A stretch of DNA of 64,000 nt, taken from Candidatus Latescibacterota bacterium (GTDB lineage Bacteria; Latescibacterota; UBA2968; UBA8231). The position numbers were made by a program, and so were the translations under genes. The number at the start of each line of letters is the position of its first letter. Position 1 is the first letter of the stretch. Location of the stretch: the NCBI GenBank assembly GCA_963422735.1, contig OY730476.1, positions 1,440,001 through 1,504,000 on the forward strand. The letters run 5' to 3'. Below, one piece after another: positions 11,294-20,978 of this stretch. The notes under the pieces are model-generated. The model searched no databases. It worked only from the letters and a program-made list of their open reading frames with translations, and was not told where the DNA came from.

Positions 11294-12256
11294 ATGCTAA
11301 AAATATCCGTCTGGCACGGCGATTTGTCGGAATCGTACCTGCGCTACGTCACCCAGCTCGGAGTCGATTGCTTGGACTTTGGCTCGGGCGACTATTTCCC
11401 CGGGGTCAAAGAGCAGGGCTATCCCGACTTGGACGCCGTGATAAAAATAAGAAAAAAAATCCGTTCTTGGGGGTTGGACATCAATCGCGTGACCCTGCCG
11501 GACATAACCAAAAAATTCATGGCCGGACAGGACGGCTGCGAGAAGGAGCTGGAAAACACGGCCGCTGCGCTGGAGGTCTTTGCCGAGGCCGGGGTGCCCA
11601 TTGCGCGGCAGCGATTTCACGGCGATGTGTTCCCCTCGATGCTCCGCCGCTGGAACTCTCCGCGCCGCGGCGGCTACCACTACCGGGCCGAAAGCCGCGG
11701 CTTGGCTGAGAGCGATCAAGGCCCTCCCTCGCCCGAGGCTTTGGACACGTGGTGGGCGCGCTTTTGCACCGTGTACGAGCGCTTAGTGCCCATTGCCGAA
11801 GACTGCGACATCAAGCTGGCGATCCACCCTTCGGACTCGCCGCTGCCGGATACGCCGCTGGGGGGCTTGGGCTTTCACAAGGTCATCGACGCCTTTCCCA
11901 GCCGCCAAGTTGGATACCTCTACTGCTGTGGCACCCGCGCCGAGGCCGGGGGCTTGCCCTTAGTGCTCGACGAGGTTCACAACTACGGACGCAAAGGCCG
12001 GATATTCATGGTGCATTTGCGCAATGTGCGCGGGAGCTTGGCCACGGCCGGGGGCTTTGAGGAGACTCTGCTCGACGACGGCGACATGAACATGGCCAAA
12101 ATTCTGCTGGAACTGGAGCGGATGGGTTTCGACGGGTGCATCAACCCCGACCACATTCCCGCACTAGAAGGGGATGAGGGGTCCTTGACGCGGGGATTGG
12201 CGTACTCGGTGGGGTACATCAAGGCGTTGTTTGCCGCGTTGGCAGCGATCAGGTAG
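11294..12256 (+). CDS. Mannonate dehydratase-like (UxuA family) protein
   Basis: ATG at 11294 with AGGAG RBS; LVPIAEDCDIKLAIHPSDSP, YCCGT, VHLRNVRG, GDMNM, PDHIP, AYSVGYIKAL. Confidence 0.8.
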   Translation: MLKISVWHGDLSESYLRYVTQLGVDCLDFGSGDYFPGVKEQGYPDLDAVIKIRKKIRSWGLDINRVTLPDITKKFMAGQDGCEKELENTAAALEVFAEAGVPIARQRFHGDVFPSMLRRWNSPRRGGYHYRAESRGLAESDQGPPSPEALDTWWARFCTVYERLVPIAEDCDIKLAIHPSDSPLPDTPLGGLGFHKVIDAFPSRQVGYLYCCGTRAEAGGLPLVLDEVHNYGRKGRIFMVHLRNVRGSLATAGGFEETLLDDGDMNMAKILLELERMGFDGCINPDHIPALEGDEGSLTRGLAYSVGYIKALFAALAAIR

Positions 12257-12259
12257 GAA

Positions 12260-13456
12260 ATGGAACCAAAAAAAAAGAACATCGCGGCGATCATCACCGA
12301 ATACCGCCCCAGATCGCACGCCGACGTGATCGTCTCCAAATTTCTCAAGGGATTTCCCACGGATGAGGGCTTGTTCGCGCCGAGGGTCGAGATCGCATCT
12401 ATGTACATCGACCAGTTTCCCGAAAACGACATCGGGCGGGCGATGGCCCAAGAGCATGGGGTGCCGATTTTTAACAGCATCTCGGCAGCACTCGGTCTGG
12501 GGGGACGGGAGCTAGCTGTGGATGGGGTATTGTCCATTGGCGAGCACGGGGACTACGCTTGGAACGAGAAGGAACAACAGCTCTATCCGCGCCGCTACTT
12601 TATGGAGCAAATCTGTGGGGTGATGGCAACGTCGAAGCGGGGGGTGCCGGTGTTCAACGACAAGCACTTGTCCTATAGCTGGACCGATGCGCTGTGGATG
12701 TACCAACGGGCGCAGGTGTTGGGGGCGGCGTTTATGGCTGGGTCTTCGCTGCCGGTGTGTTGGCGGCAGCCTTGGCTTGAGCACGAGTTGGAAACTCCTG
12801 TGGAGGAGGCGGTGGCGATCGGGTTTTCCGGGCTGGATATCTACGGGTTCCACACCCTTGAAGTGCTCCAGTGCATGGTCGAGCGGCGGCGAGGCGGCGA
12901 GACGGGGGTAGCGGCGGTGACCTGTCTGGAGGGGGAGGCCGTGTGGCGAGCCGCCGATGAGGGATTGTGGTCGCGAGACCTAGCACAGGCTGCCTGCGCG
13001 ACGATTGACGACAAGCCCGAGGGAACCATGGAGGAACACTGTCAAAATCCGGCACTTTTTGTGGTGGAATACAGCGACGGATTGCGGGGGGCCGTGCTGA
13101 TGCTCAATGGCTACGTCCACGATTTGGCGTACGCGGCGCGGATTGGCGGACAGGTGCAAGCCTGCGAGTTCCATGCCCAAGGGCACGGCGGGCCGGACGG
13201 GGCGTACGCACATTTCAGCTATCTGTCGCTCAACGTCGAAGAGATGTTCCTAACCGGCGAGGCCCAATATCCGGTCGAGCGCACACTGCTGACTAGCGGC
13301 ATCCTCGAGGCGGCGCTGACGTCTCGCTACGAGGGCTACAAGCGGCTGGAAACGCCGTGGCTGGACGTAGAATACTTGTCGTATGATACGTTGTGGCGAC
13401 CGACTGGGCTGCGACCGACCGGAGCTTGTCTGGATCCGTGGCCGCCGAGTGCGTGA
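12260..13456 (+). CDS. Conserved hypothetical protein (oxidoreductase-like)
   Basis: 398 aa, coupled to the uxuA-like gene; SHADVI, IGEHGDY, PVFNDKHLS, YGFHTLE, YPVERTLLTSG. Confidence 0.7.
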   Translation: MEPKKKNIAAIITEYRPRSHADVIVSKFLKGFPTDEGLFAPRVEIASMYIDQFPENDIGRAMAQEHGVPIFNSISAALGLGGRELAVDGVLSIGEHGDYAWNEKEQQLYPRRYFMEQICGVMATSKRGVPVFNDKHLSYSWTDALWMYQRAQVLGAAFMAGSSLPVCWRQPWLEHELETPVEEAVAIGFSGLDIYGFHTLEVLQCMVERRRGGETGVAAVTCLEGEAVWRAADEGLWSRDLAQAACATIDDKPEGTMEEHCQNPALFVVEYSDGLRGAVLMLNGYVHDLAYAARIGGQVQACEFHAQGHGGPDGAYAHFSYLSLNVEEMFLTGEAQYPVERTLLTSGILEAALTSRYEGYKRLETPWLDVEYLSYDTLWRPTGLRPTGACLDPWPPSA

Positions 13457-13641
13457 GCAGTAGAAGCTGTCTGGAAACCCCCGGCGGCTGTACGGTGCGG
13501 TGTTTTATTAAAGGAGCCACCTGCTTCGCTTCACCGCGCCTTTAGGCGCGACCTCCGCTGCGCTCAGCATGTCAGCACCTGCGAACGGGAAGGACAATGA
13601 AACGCCAGCTTTAGCCTTCGCATACTCCAAGGAGAGATACC

Positions 13642-14679
13642 ATGATGCAATGTCTCGCCACAATCGCACTGGTTTTGGCGGCCGGCACGGCCTTCGCCCA
13701 AGAGCCGCTGGGCGATCCGTCGATTATACCCGAAGGTGCTAAGCTCGAAGTGCTCTTCGACGGCGCGTTCTTTTCCGAGGGGCCGGCTGTAGCCCCAGAC
13801 GGCTCGGTTTTCTTTAGCGACATTACCTTTTCCCAGACCTCGGGAATGCAGGCCGGGCACATCTGGCGCTACGATTCCAAGACCGGCAAGACCGTGATCT
13901 ACCGCTCGCCCAGCGGCATGTCCAACGGCCTCAAGTTCGACGCGATGGGCCGGCTGATCGCCGCAGAAGGCGCTGATTTCGGGGGACGGCGCGTGACGCG
14001 CACCGACTTAGCTACCGGCAAGGCCGAGATCATCGCCGGGCTGTACGAGGGCCGCCCCTTTAACGCCCCCAATGACATTTCCATCGACGAAAAGGGCCGC
14101 ATCTACTTCAGCGACCCGCGCTACCTCGGCCACGAGCCGATCGACCAGCCGGTGATGGGGGTCTATCGCATTGATCCAGACGGCACTATCGAGCGGATCA
14201 TCACCGACGCTGGCAAGCCCAACGGCGTCTGCGTGTCCCCGGATCAACAGTCGCTGTATGTGGTGAGCAACGACAACGGCAACACGGGTATCTTCCGCTT
14301 GGAGAACGCGCTGATGCACAAGGGCCGCATGGCCCTGTTGGCGTACGATCTGCACTCCGACGGCACGGCCACATTCCGCGAGGTGCTAGTTGATTACTAT
14401 CCAGAAGACGGGCCGGACGGCCTAGTCGCCGATGTCGAGGGCAACCTGTACGTGGCGGTGCGCGACGTGACGCGCCCGGGCATTGTCGTGTATTCGCCGC
14501 AGGGCGAGGAACTGGCCTATATCCCCACGCTTGAGGTCCCGACCAATGTGGCGTTTGGTCGCGGCGAGAAAAGCAAGACGCTCTACGTCACCTACGGAGG
14601 GGGCGCACCGCCGGAAAATCCAGGCATCTTGGCCAAGATAAAAGTCGGCAAGGACGGATACCACCTGCCGGTCCCATAA
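13642..14679 (+). CDS. SMP-30/gluconolactonase family protein, secreted
   Basis: Signal peptide; FSEGP, SNGL, FNAPND, PNGV, PDGL, PTNVAFG. Confidence 0.92.
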   Translation: MMQCLATIALVLAAGTAFAQEPLGDPSIIPEGAKLEVLFDGAFFSEGPAVAPDGSVFFSDITFSQTSGMQAGHIWRYDSKTGKTVIYRSPSGMSNGLKFDAMGRLIAAEGADFGGRRVTRTDLATGKAEIIAGLYEGRPFNAPNDISIDEKGRIYFSDPRYLGHEPIDQPVMGVYRIDPDGTIERIITDAGKPNGVCVSPDQQSLYVVSNDNGNTGIFRLENALMHKGRMALLAYDLHSDGTATFREVLVDYYPEDGPDGLVADVEGNLYVAVRDVTRPGIVVYSPQGEELAYIPTLEVPTNVAFGRGEKSKTLYVTYGGGAPPENPGILAKIKVGKDGYHLPVP

Positions 14680-14683
14680 TTAG

Positions 14684-16393
14684 ATGACCACATTAGACTG
14701 GGCCGTCGTCTTGGTCCTCAACGGCGGCATTGTCACCTACAGCCTGATTGCCTTCCGCAACAAGGGCGAGAGTTTCGATTGGTACTTGGCGGCCAAATCC
14801 ATGCCTTGGTGGGTGATCGGGCTGTCGGCGTTTGGCACGGCCGTCGATAGCGGCGATTACGTCGGTATTGTCGGCGGGTCTTATAAGCTAGGGCTGTCGC
14901 AGTTGGCGCAGTGGTGGCTGGGCATCGCTGTGGGCTGGACCGTGCTCAGCTTCTTCGTCATCGTGCCGATGTACCGCTCTGGGGTTTTTACGAACGCCGA
15001 GTGGTTGGAGTTCCGCTTCGGGCCAGCGGCCCGCCTGCTGGCGGTCTTGATAAACGTCCAATCGCGAACCAACGTGCTGGGCAACATCTTCTTTTCCATG
15101 TTTCTAGTGCTTAATGTCATCGCCGGATTCGAGGAGATGACTTGCTGGTTGGTGGTAGTGGGCGTGGCACTCAGCTCGGTGCTCTACATCGTGCGCGGCG
15201 GCTTGCGGGCCGGGGTGCTGACCGACGCGCTACAAAGCGCGACGATGATCGTGGCCTCTTTTGTGCTCTGGGGATTCGTCTATTCGGGCTTGGGCGGCTG
15301 GGACGGGGTGACGACGCGACTGGAGGCAGTAGAGGAAGGGCTGGCGGATACGCTGCTGCGCGTAGGGGGCTATTCGCCGCCCGGTGTGCCTACTTTCATC
15401 GTGATATTTGGCTTTTTGGTGGTGTTGACTACGTATGCAGTCATCAATCAGTACGAGGCCATCCGCTTCCTCGGCGCACGCTCGGAGTGGGATTTCAAGA
15501 TGGCCGCGCTAGTGGCTAGCATCGCCACGGCGATATGCTTATTCTTCAACGTCAGCTTGGGGCCGATGGCGCGGGCGCAGTTCCCCGGCTTGGAAATCGT
15601 CGATCAGGCCTATCCGCTGATGATCGAAGCGTACCTACCCGCCGGGTTGGTAGGGCTGGTGGTCGCCGGGCTGGTGGCGGCTGGGTACTCGACCTTTGAC
15701 TCCATCGGCATTGGCATTTCCTCGCTCTTTGTGCGCGATGTGTACGCGCGCTTTATCGTCAAAGACGCCACGGACGCACACTACACCAAGGTGGGGCGGA
15801 TCTCGGTGCCGATTATTCTGGCGCTGGGCTTTGCGTATGTGCCCTTTTTGGGTGAGCAGGGGATGCTGCTGTTCTATCTGCGGCTGGCCGGGGCCATTGC
15901 TGTGCCGCTGATGACGGTCATTTTGATGGGAGTCTTCACGCGCGTACATCGCGAGACCGGGATCGTCGGCTTGCTAGTGGGGCTTGGCTACGGAATGTCG
16001 GCGATCTTGGCCGACTTCAACGAGTGGCCGCTGCCGGTGTGGTACCAAAACACGTGGTGGACCTACCTTTGGAACTTGGTGCTGCCCGCAGTAAGCATGT
16101 GCGTCGCTTCAAAGCTGATTGACTGGTGGCGCGGTCCGGTGCGCGACGAGGAACTGCGCGGGTTAATTTACGTCCGCCACGAGGACCTGGTCGCACTGCG
16201 CCCGCTAATGGCCCGGCGGCTCGCGGCGCTAGAAGGCACTTGGCTGCAGAAGACCCTGACCGAAGCACCCATCCGGCCGGAGTATCCCTTCGCAGTCGGC
16301 GAGGATGGTCCTAAGTGGTATCTGCGGCCGGGGGTATGGATCGGAGTCTATTTGGCCGGGGCCAGCTTGCTGCTCTTTGTGGTGATGTGGTAG
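14684..16393 (+). CDS. Sodium:solute symporter family transporter
   Basis: Multi-TM; YLAAKSMPWWVIGLS, EWLEFRFG, GGLRAGVLTDALQ, PAGLVGLVVAGLVAAGYSTFDS. Confidence 0.9.
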   Translation: MTTLDWAVVLVLNGGIVTYSLIAFRNKGESFDWYLAAKSMPWWVIGLSAFGTAVDSGDYVGIVGGSYKLGLSQLAQWWLGIAVGWTVLSFFVIVPMYRSGVFTNAEWLEFRFGPAARLLAVLINVQSRTNVLGNIFFSMFLVLNVIAGFEEMTCWLVVVGVALSSVLYIVRGGLRAGVLTDALQSATMIVASFVLWGFVYSGLGGWDGVTTRLEAVEEGLADTLLRVGGYSPPGVPTFIVIFGFLVVLTTYAVINQYEAIRFLGARSEWDFKMAALVASIATAICLFFNVSLGPMARAQFPGLEIVDQAYPLMIEAYLPAGLVGLVVAGLVAAGYSTFDSIGIGISSLFVRDVYARFIVKDATDAHYTKVGRISVPIILALGFAYVPFLGEQGMLLFYLRLAGAIAVPLMTVILMGVFTRVHRETGIVGLLVGLGYGMSAILADFNEWPLPVWYQNTWWTYLWNLVLPAVSMCVASKLIDWWRGPVRDEELRGLIYVRHEDLVALRPLMARRLAALEGTWLQKTLTEAPIRPEYPFAVGEDGPKWYLRPGVWIGVYLAGASLLLFVVMW

Positions 16394-16448
16394 ATAGGCG
16401 TTTCGTTTTGCACTAAAACCAAATTTGCTAGAAGAAGGTACAAGTTAA

Positions 16449-17007
16449 ATGGCTGCCGGCTTGCAAGGGCCTTTTGGTTGGTTTGACGATGCTGGCATTT
16501 CCCCTTTAGAGAAGGCCAGTAAAAGGGGCGTCTATTTGTGGACTATTCCCACTGAGCTTGGCGAATTGGTTTACTACGTCGGAGAGACAAAAAGGGGCTT
16601 TTCCAAAAGAATGAAAGAGCATTTGAAGGAGCAGCTTTCGGGTATGTACCACATCTACGAACCCACTTCATTCGCATCGGGCGTTAAGCGCGACCTATGG
16701 AGCGGAATGTACAGACCGGACGTAGAGGAAGGAGGATTGGGGGAATTCGTAAATCGCCTGCCGAAGCTAGTTGATAGCCTAGTTGAATTTGTCCATCTCA
16801 TGCGTTTTCGAGTTGCCTCACTTGACTGCGAGGATCGAATCAGCACTCTCGCAATACCTTAGAAAACAGCCAGAACCTATTGGATCGTTTCAGGATGACG
16901 GAATCCGCTATGCGCTACGGAAACCAGACGAAGAACCTATTTTGATCAGATGCAGTCCGACGGGAAAAATTCGCGGACTGCCTGCAACTATTGACGGACT
17001 TTCCTAG
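16449..17007 (+). pseudogene. GIY-YIG-like nuclease pseudogene
   Basis: GVYLWTI...VYYVGETKRGFSKRMKEHL motif; frameshift near 16840 (continues RIESALSQYLRKQ); 3' end runs into MITE copy 2; lower GC than neighbours. Confidence 0.65.
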
Positions 17008-17181
17008 TGTACGGTTGGGAATTCAGGTTTCATTTAGGCGGTATCACTCGGCATGCCCTTAGCCCTCGTCCGGACCAGCGCGGTCCCCCGCGTCGATGTT
17101 CCGGGGCCCGTCGCCAAGGGGGCGGATGGGACTGACCCCTAACCCCTAACCCCTAACCCCTAACCCCTAACCACTAACCAC
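16995..17181. mobile_element. Second, right-truncated copy of the MITE
   Basis: Begins with the TIR CGGACTTTCCTAG. About 140 bp are highly similar to 2710-2863 (14-bp indel). It ends in heptamers; no right TIR or TSD is visible. Confidence 0.88.
17135..17181. repeat. Heptamer array (ACCCCTA) x5 + ACCACTA
   Basis: Read directly; the minus strand is (GGGGTTA)n. Confidence 0.95.
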
Positions 17182-17226
17182 AAAATTCGGCATTCCTCAC
17201 GTTTGTTCCCCTCTCACAGGTTATCG

Positions 17227-19575
17227 ATGACCGATACCACAGACCTCACTCCCGTCGAGCACCGCGCCGTAGCCGCCTCGCCCTTCGCCGCCCTCTATCC
17301 GTCCACCGAAAAGATCAAAACCATTGTAGTGGAGCACTTCCCAGCACTGGGCAAGCTAGCGGCGATGCGCTTTGTCGAATGGGTCCAAGACCATCCCGGC
17401 GGCGTGGTCTCGCTGCCGACGGGCAAGACTCCCGAGCACTTTATCCGCTGGATCGAGCGGCTGCTGAGGCATTGGGACGAGGCGGATATCCGCTGCCAAC
17501 TCGAAGAGGCCGGCATTGACCCAAGGCGCAAGCCGGACCTGCGCAGCTTGCACTTTGTGCAAATTGACGAATTCTACCCGATCGATCCCCGGCAGGACAA
17601 CAGTTTCTACGCGTATGTCAACCGCTTCTACATTGATGGTTTTGGGTTGGACCCGGCCAAGGCCCTGCGAATCAACTGCGCTGAGATCGGCCTGCAGGCC
17701 GGCCAAACTTTAAACGAGGTGTGGCCAGACGGCAGCGTGGATCTCTCGCTGCGCTACCGGGCCGCCCGCACCTCGCTTGAGCGAGTACAGCAGGACGCGC
17801 TGCAAAGGATCGACCAGTGGTGCCAAGAGTACGAGGAGCAAATCCGCGCCCTCGGAGGCATTGGCTTTTTCTTAGGAGGCATCGGCCCGGACGGGCACAT
17901 CGGCTTTAACGTGCGCGGCTCGGACCACTTTTCGACGACGAGGCTGACGGGGGTCAACTACGAAACTCAGGCTGCAGCCGCTAGCGACTTGGGCGGCATT
18001 GAGGTGGCGCGCAAGCGGCTGGTAATCACCATCGGTCTAGGCACGATCGTTGGCAATCCCGACTGCTGTGCCCTGATCATCGCCGCTGGCGAGGCCAAGG
18101 CTGGCATTGTCGCCGCCGCGGTCGAACAAGCACCAGACGTGCGCTATCCGGCCACGGCGTTGCATCGCCTACCCAGGGCGCGGTTCTATATTACCCAGGG
18201 AGCGGCCAAGGCACTCAGAGCTAGGCGGCTCGTACTCGTGCAGCAGCGGGTAGCCATGGACGACGAGATGGTGGAAAAAATTGTCATCGATTTAGCCTGC
18301 GGCTTGGGCAAAAAGATCATCGACCTGACCGAGGCCGACTTTGCCCAAGATGTCTTGGGAGCCGTGCTGTTGCGCCAGCACCCAGAGGGAATCGCCGCAC
18401 TGACGCAGCGGGTGAGCGATCGCCTAATAGGCAAAATCGAGCGGGGCTCCCAGACCCTTTCCGGTACGCGCTTCCTGCACACGGAGCCGCACCATGACGA
18501 CCTAATGCTGGGCTATCTGTCCTATATTGTCCGCCACGTGCGCGACGCCACCAACGTGCATTATTTCGCCTGCTTTACTGGCGGTTTTACTGCGGTGACT
18601 AACCGCTTTATCGAGGCTCATTTGCAACGGCTGCGGCACTTTTTGCCCAGTGCCGAATGCACGGCGCTGTGGGCGCAGGGCTACTTTGACCCCAGCTATG
18701 AAAATGGCCGCAACCGCGATGTTTGGCAGTACCTCGACGGGGTCGCTGCCGCAGATCCGCTCTTGTGCGATGAAGGAGCGGCACGGCGCTTTTTGCGGAA
18801 CCTCGTCGCGCTGTACGGCGTTGAAGACTTCGAGGGCATCGAGCCCCGGCTGACGGCGTTGGAGGCTTACTTTGCCAACCGCTATCCGGGCCAAAAGGAC
18901 GCGCCGGAGGTACAGATGCTCAAAAGCAAATGTCGCGGGTGGGAGGCCGAGTGTCTCTGGGGGTATTTTGGCTGGGATTGCGCCAGTGTCAAACACCTCA
19001 GCCTCGGCTTTTACACCGGCGACCTCTTCACCCAAGAGCCGACGCTCGAAGACGATGTGCCGCCCGTACTGGCGCTCCTCGACCAAGTATCCCCCGACGT
19101 AGTCGGCGTAGCTCTAGACCCAGAGGCTAGCGGGCCGGACACCCATTACAAGGTACTACAGGTGATCACCGAGGCACTCCGCCGCTACGAGCGACAAAGT
19201 GGACGCTCCGGTATCAAGGTCTGGGGCTACCGCAATGTGTGGTATCGCTTTGACCCCAGCGAGGCCAATATCTTCGTGCCGGTTTCGCTCAATATGTTCT
19301 CGGTCATGCACAGCGCCTTTATGAACACCTTTATCTCCCAGCGCGACTCCTCGTTCCCCAGTTACGATCACGACGGTCCCTTCTCCGAACTAGCGCAGCG
19401 GGTACAGGTCGATCAGTACCAGAAGATCAAAACCTGCCTTGGCCACAAGTGGTTCCACGAACACCCCAGCCCCCTGATCCGCGCCACGCGGGGTCTTGTC
19501 TTCCTCAAGGAAATGGATTTAGCTGAATTCTACGAGCGCAGCCGAGCACTCAAACAAGTGGCTGAAAACTGCTGA
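17227..19575 (+). CDS. nagB: Glucosamine-6-phosphate deaminase, long form fused to a PIG-L/LmbE-like domain
   Basis: LPTGKTP, IDEFYP, GGIGPDGHIGFN, ITIGLGTI; C-terminal EPHHDD, DPEASGPDTH, YRNVW. Confidence 0.85.
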   Translation: MTDTTDLTPVEHRAVAASPFAALYPSTEKIKTIVVEHFPALGKLAAMRFVEWVQDHPGGVVSLPTGKTPEHFIRWIERLLRHWDEADIRCQLEEAGIDPRRKPDLRSLHFVQIDEFYPIDPRQDNSFYAYVNRFYIDGFGLDPAKALRINCAEIGLQAGQTLNEVWPDGSVDLSLRYRAARTSLERVQQDALQRIDQWCQEYEEQIRALGGIGFFLGGIGPDGHIGFNVRGSDHFSTTRLTGVNYETQAAAASDLGGIEVARKRLVITIGLGTIVGNPDCCALIIAAGEAKAGIVAAAVEQAPDVRYPATALHRLPRARFYITQGAAKALRARRLVLVQQRVAMDDEMVEKIVIDLACGLGKKIIDLTEADFAQDVLGAVLLRQHPEGIAALTQRVSDRLIGKIERGSQTLSGTRFLHTEPHHDDLMLGYLSYIVRHVRDATNVHYFACFTGGFTAVTNRFIEAHLQRLRHFLPSAECTALWAQGYFDPSYENGRNRDVWQYLDGVAAADPLLCDEGAARRFLRNLVALYGVEDFEGIEPRLTALEAYFANRYPGQKDAPEVQMLKSKCRGWEAECLWGYFGWDCASVKHLSLGFYTGDLFTQEPTLEDDVPPVLALLDQVSPDVVGVALDPEASGPDTHYKVLQVITEALRRYERQSGRSGIKVWGYRNVWYRFDPSEANIFVPVSLNMFSVMHSAFMNTFISQRDSSFPSYDHDGPFSELAQRVQVDQYQKIKTCLGHKWFHEHPSPLIRATRGLVFLKEMDLAEFYERSRALKQVAENC

Positions 19576-19589
19576 GAAAGGAACAGACA

Positions 19590-20093
19590 ATGCTTAGCAA
19601 AAAAATACAGCAAGCCCTCAACGACCAGCTTAACCTTGAGTTTTCCTCAGCCTATACGTACCTGTCGCTGGCGGCCTACTTCGAGGACCTCGACCTCAAC
19701 GGTTTTGCCCACTGGATGAAGATCCAGTACCAAGAGGAGCTGATGCACGCGGAAAGGATCTATGCCTTTATCAACGACCGCGATAGCCGCGTGCGCTTGC
19801 AGGCCCTAGCGGCACCACACAGCGAATGGGGCTCACCGCTGGACGCCTTCAAGTTCGCCCTAGAAAGCGAGCGGGCCTTGAGCGAGAAAATCTATGCGGT
19901 AGTAAATGAGGCTCTCGCCGAGCGCGATCACGCCACGCACACTTTTATGCAGTGGTTTGTCAAAGAGCAAGTGGAAGAGGAGGCCATCGTCCGCAACATC
20001 GTCAGCGATATGGAAATGATAATCGAAAGCCGCGACGGTCTCTTTCTGATGGATCGGGACCTAGCGGGAAGGCAGCCTCAGTCCGAGGAGTAG
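19590..20093 (+). CDS. ftnA: Non-heme ferritin
   Basis: LNDQLNLEFSSAYTYL, EELMHAERI, FMQWFVKEQVEEE ferroxidase residues. Confidence 0.93.
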   Translation: MLSKKIQQALNDQLNLEFSSAYTYLSLAAYFEDLDLNGFAHWMKIQYQEELMHAERIYAFINDRDSRVRLQALAAPHSEWGSPLDAFKFALESERALSEKIYAVVNEALAERDHATHTFMQWFVKEQVEEEAIVRNIVSDMEMIIESRDGLFLMDRDLAGRQPQSEE

Positions 20094-20099
20094 ATTAGG

Positions 20100-20620
20100 C
20101 TGCTTGCTCAGGCGCGTTGGAGGGACTTCCAAAGGCTGCGGGCAAGCCGGCGCGTACTGCGTCGTCAAACAAAAGTTGGCAATGGAGTATCCCCGCTCGG
20201 CAGATTCATGTTGTTGCGCTTCTGTCCGCATCTGCTTGGTCCTCGTTAGAAGTGAAACCGCCGTGCGCCAAGGCCGCGGCAAGGCGAAAAACCCCACCGA
20301 ATCCATTGAAGCCAATCCAAACAGGCCAATCCCCCCTCCGCTTGAAAGAGGGGCCGCTCCGGCCAAGCCGCCAAAGCCCCCCATCGTCGTTAACGCTAGA
20401 GCGAGCGCACTTGAACCAACTGTGCCCCAGCGCGTACACCTTCGCCAAATTGCGCCCTTCAAACAGCAGCCGCAACGCCAAGTCCCTTTGCAGCAGTCCA
20501 TAACGATACTGGGTCGCCCACACGAGATGATACTCAATCTTATATTTCGTAGGACGGCCTTCCCAATCAGCCATCGCGCAAGCATAACGCAGCCGCTGGC
20601 TGAAAGACGGGGGTTTTAAC
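20100..20620 (-). mobile_element. IS200/IS605 TnpA remnant
   Basis: Subterminal AAAACCCCCGTCTTTCAG, then TKYKIEYHLVWATQYRYGLLQRDLALRL (Y1 transposase N-terminus YHxVWxxKYR); the rest is degenerate and the boundaries are approximate. Confidence 0.65.
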
Positions 20621-20678
20621 CCAATCTTCGGACGAAGTCCATTTGTGCTGCGCCCATTCTGCGCTATCTTGCTCTCAC

Positions 20679-20978
20679 ATGGAAAACACATACTTCGTCC
20701 CAGCCGACGCCGAGCACGTCGCCCGAGAGAAAAATAAGGCCAAGGTGCTGCGCCGCTCTCAGTGGTGGAAGCGCACACGGGCCGCTGGCCAGTGCTACTA
20801 CTGCCAGCAGTCGTTTGCGCCCGATGAACTGACCATGGACCACGTGGTGCCACTCATCCGCGGCGGCCGCACCACCAAATCCAACGTGGTGCCTTGCTGC
20901 AAGCACTGCAACAGCCAAAAGCAGCACCTGCTCCCCGTCGAATGGGCGGCCTTAGAGCGGCTGCGCGGCAAAGCCTAG
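20679..20978 (+). CDS. HNH endonuclease family protein
   Basis: CYYC...LTMDHVVPLIRGGRTTKSNVVPCCKHCN. Confidence 0.9.
   Translation: MENTYFVPADAEHVAREKNKAKVLRRSQWWKRTRAAGQCYYCQQSFAPDELTMDHVVPLIRGGRTTKSNVVPCCKHCNSQKQHLLPVEWAALERLRGKA

Noticed and set aside
13551-13575. Intergenic palindromic repeat (CTCCGCTGCGCTCAGCATG)
   Set aside because: Only one degenerate arm and no second copy in the window; too weak to call.
17135-17181. Eukaryotic telomere contamination
   Set aside because: The unit is 7 bp, embedded in a bacterial MITE and flanked by continuous bacterial genes.
20061-20853. Overlapping 128-215 aa ORFs
   Set aside because: These are read-through frames across an IS200 remnant and antisense to the HNH gene.
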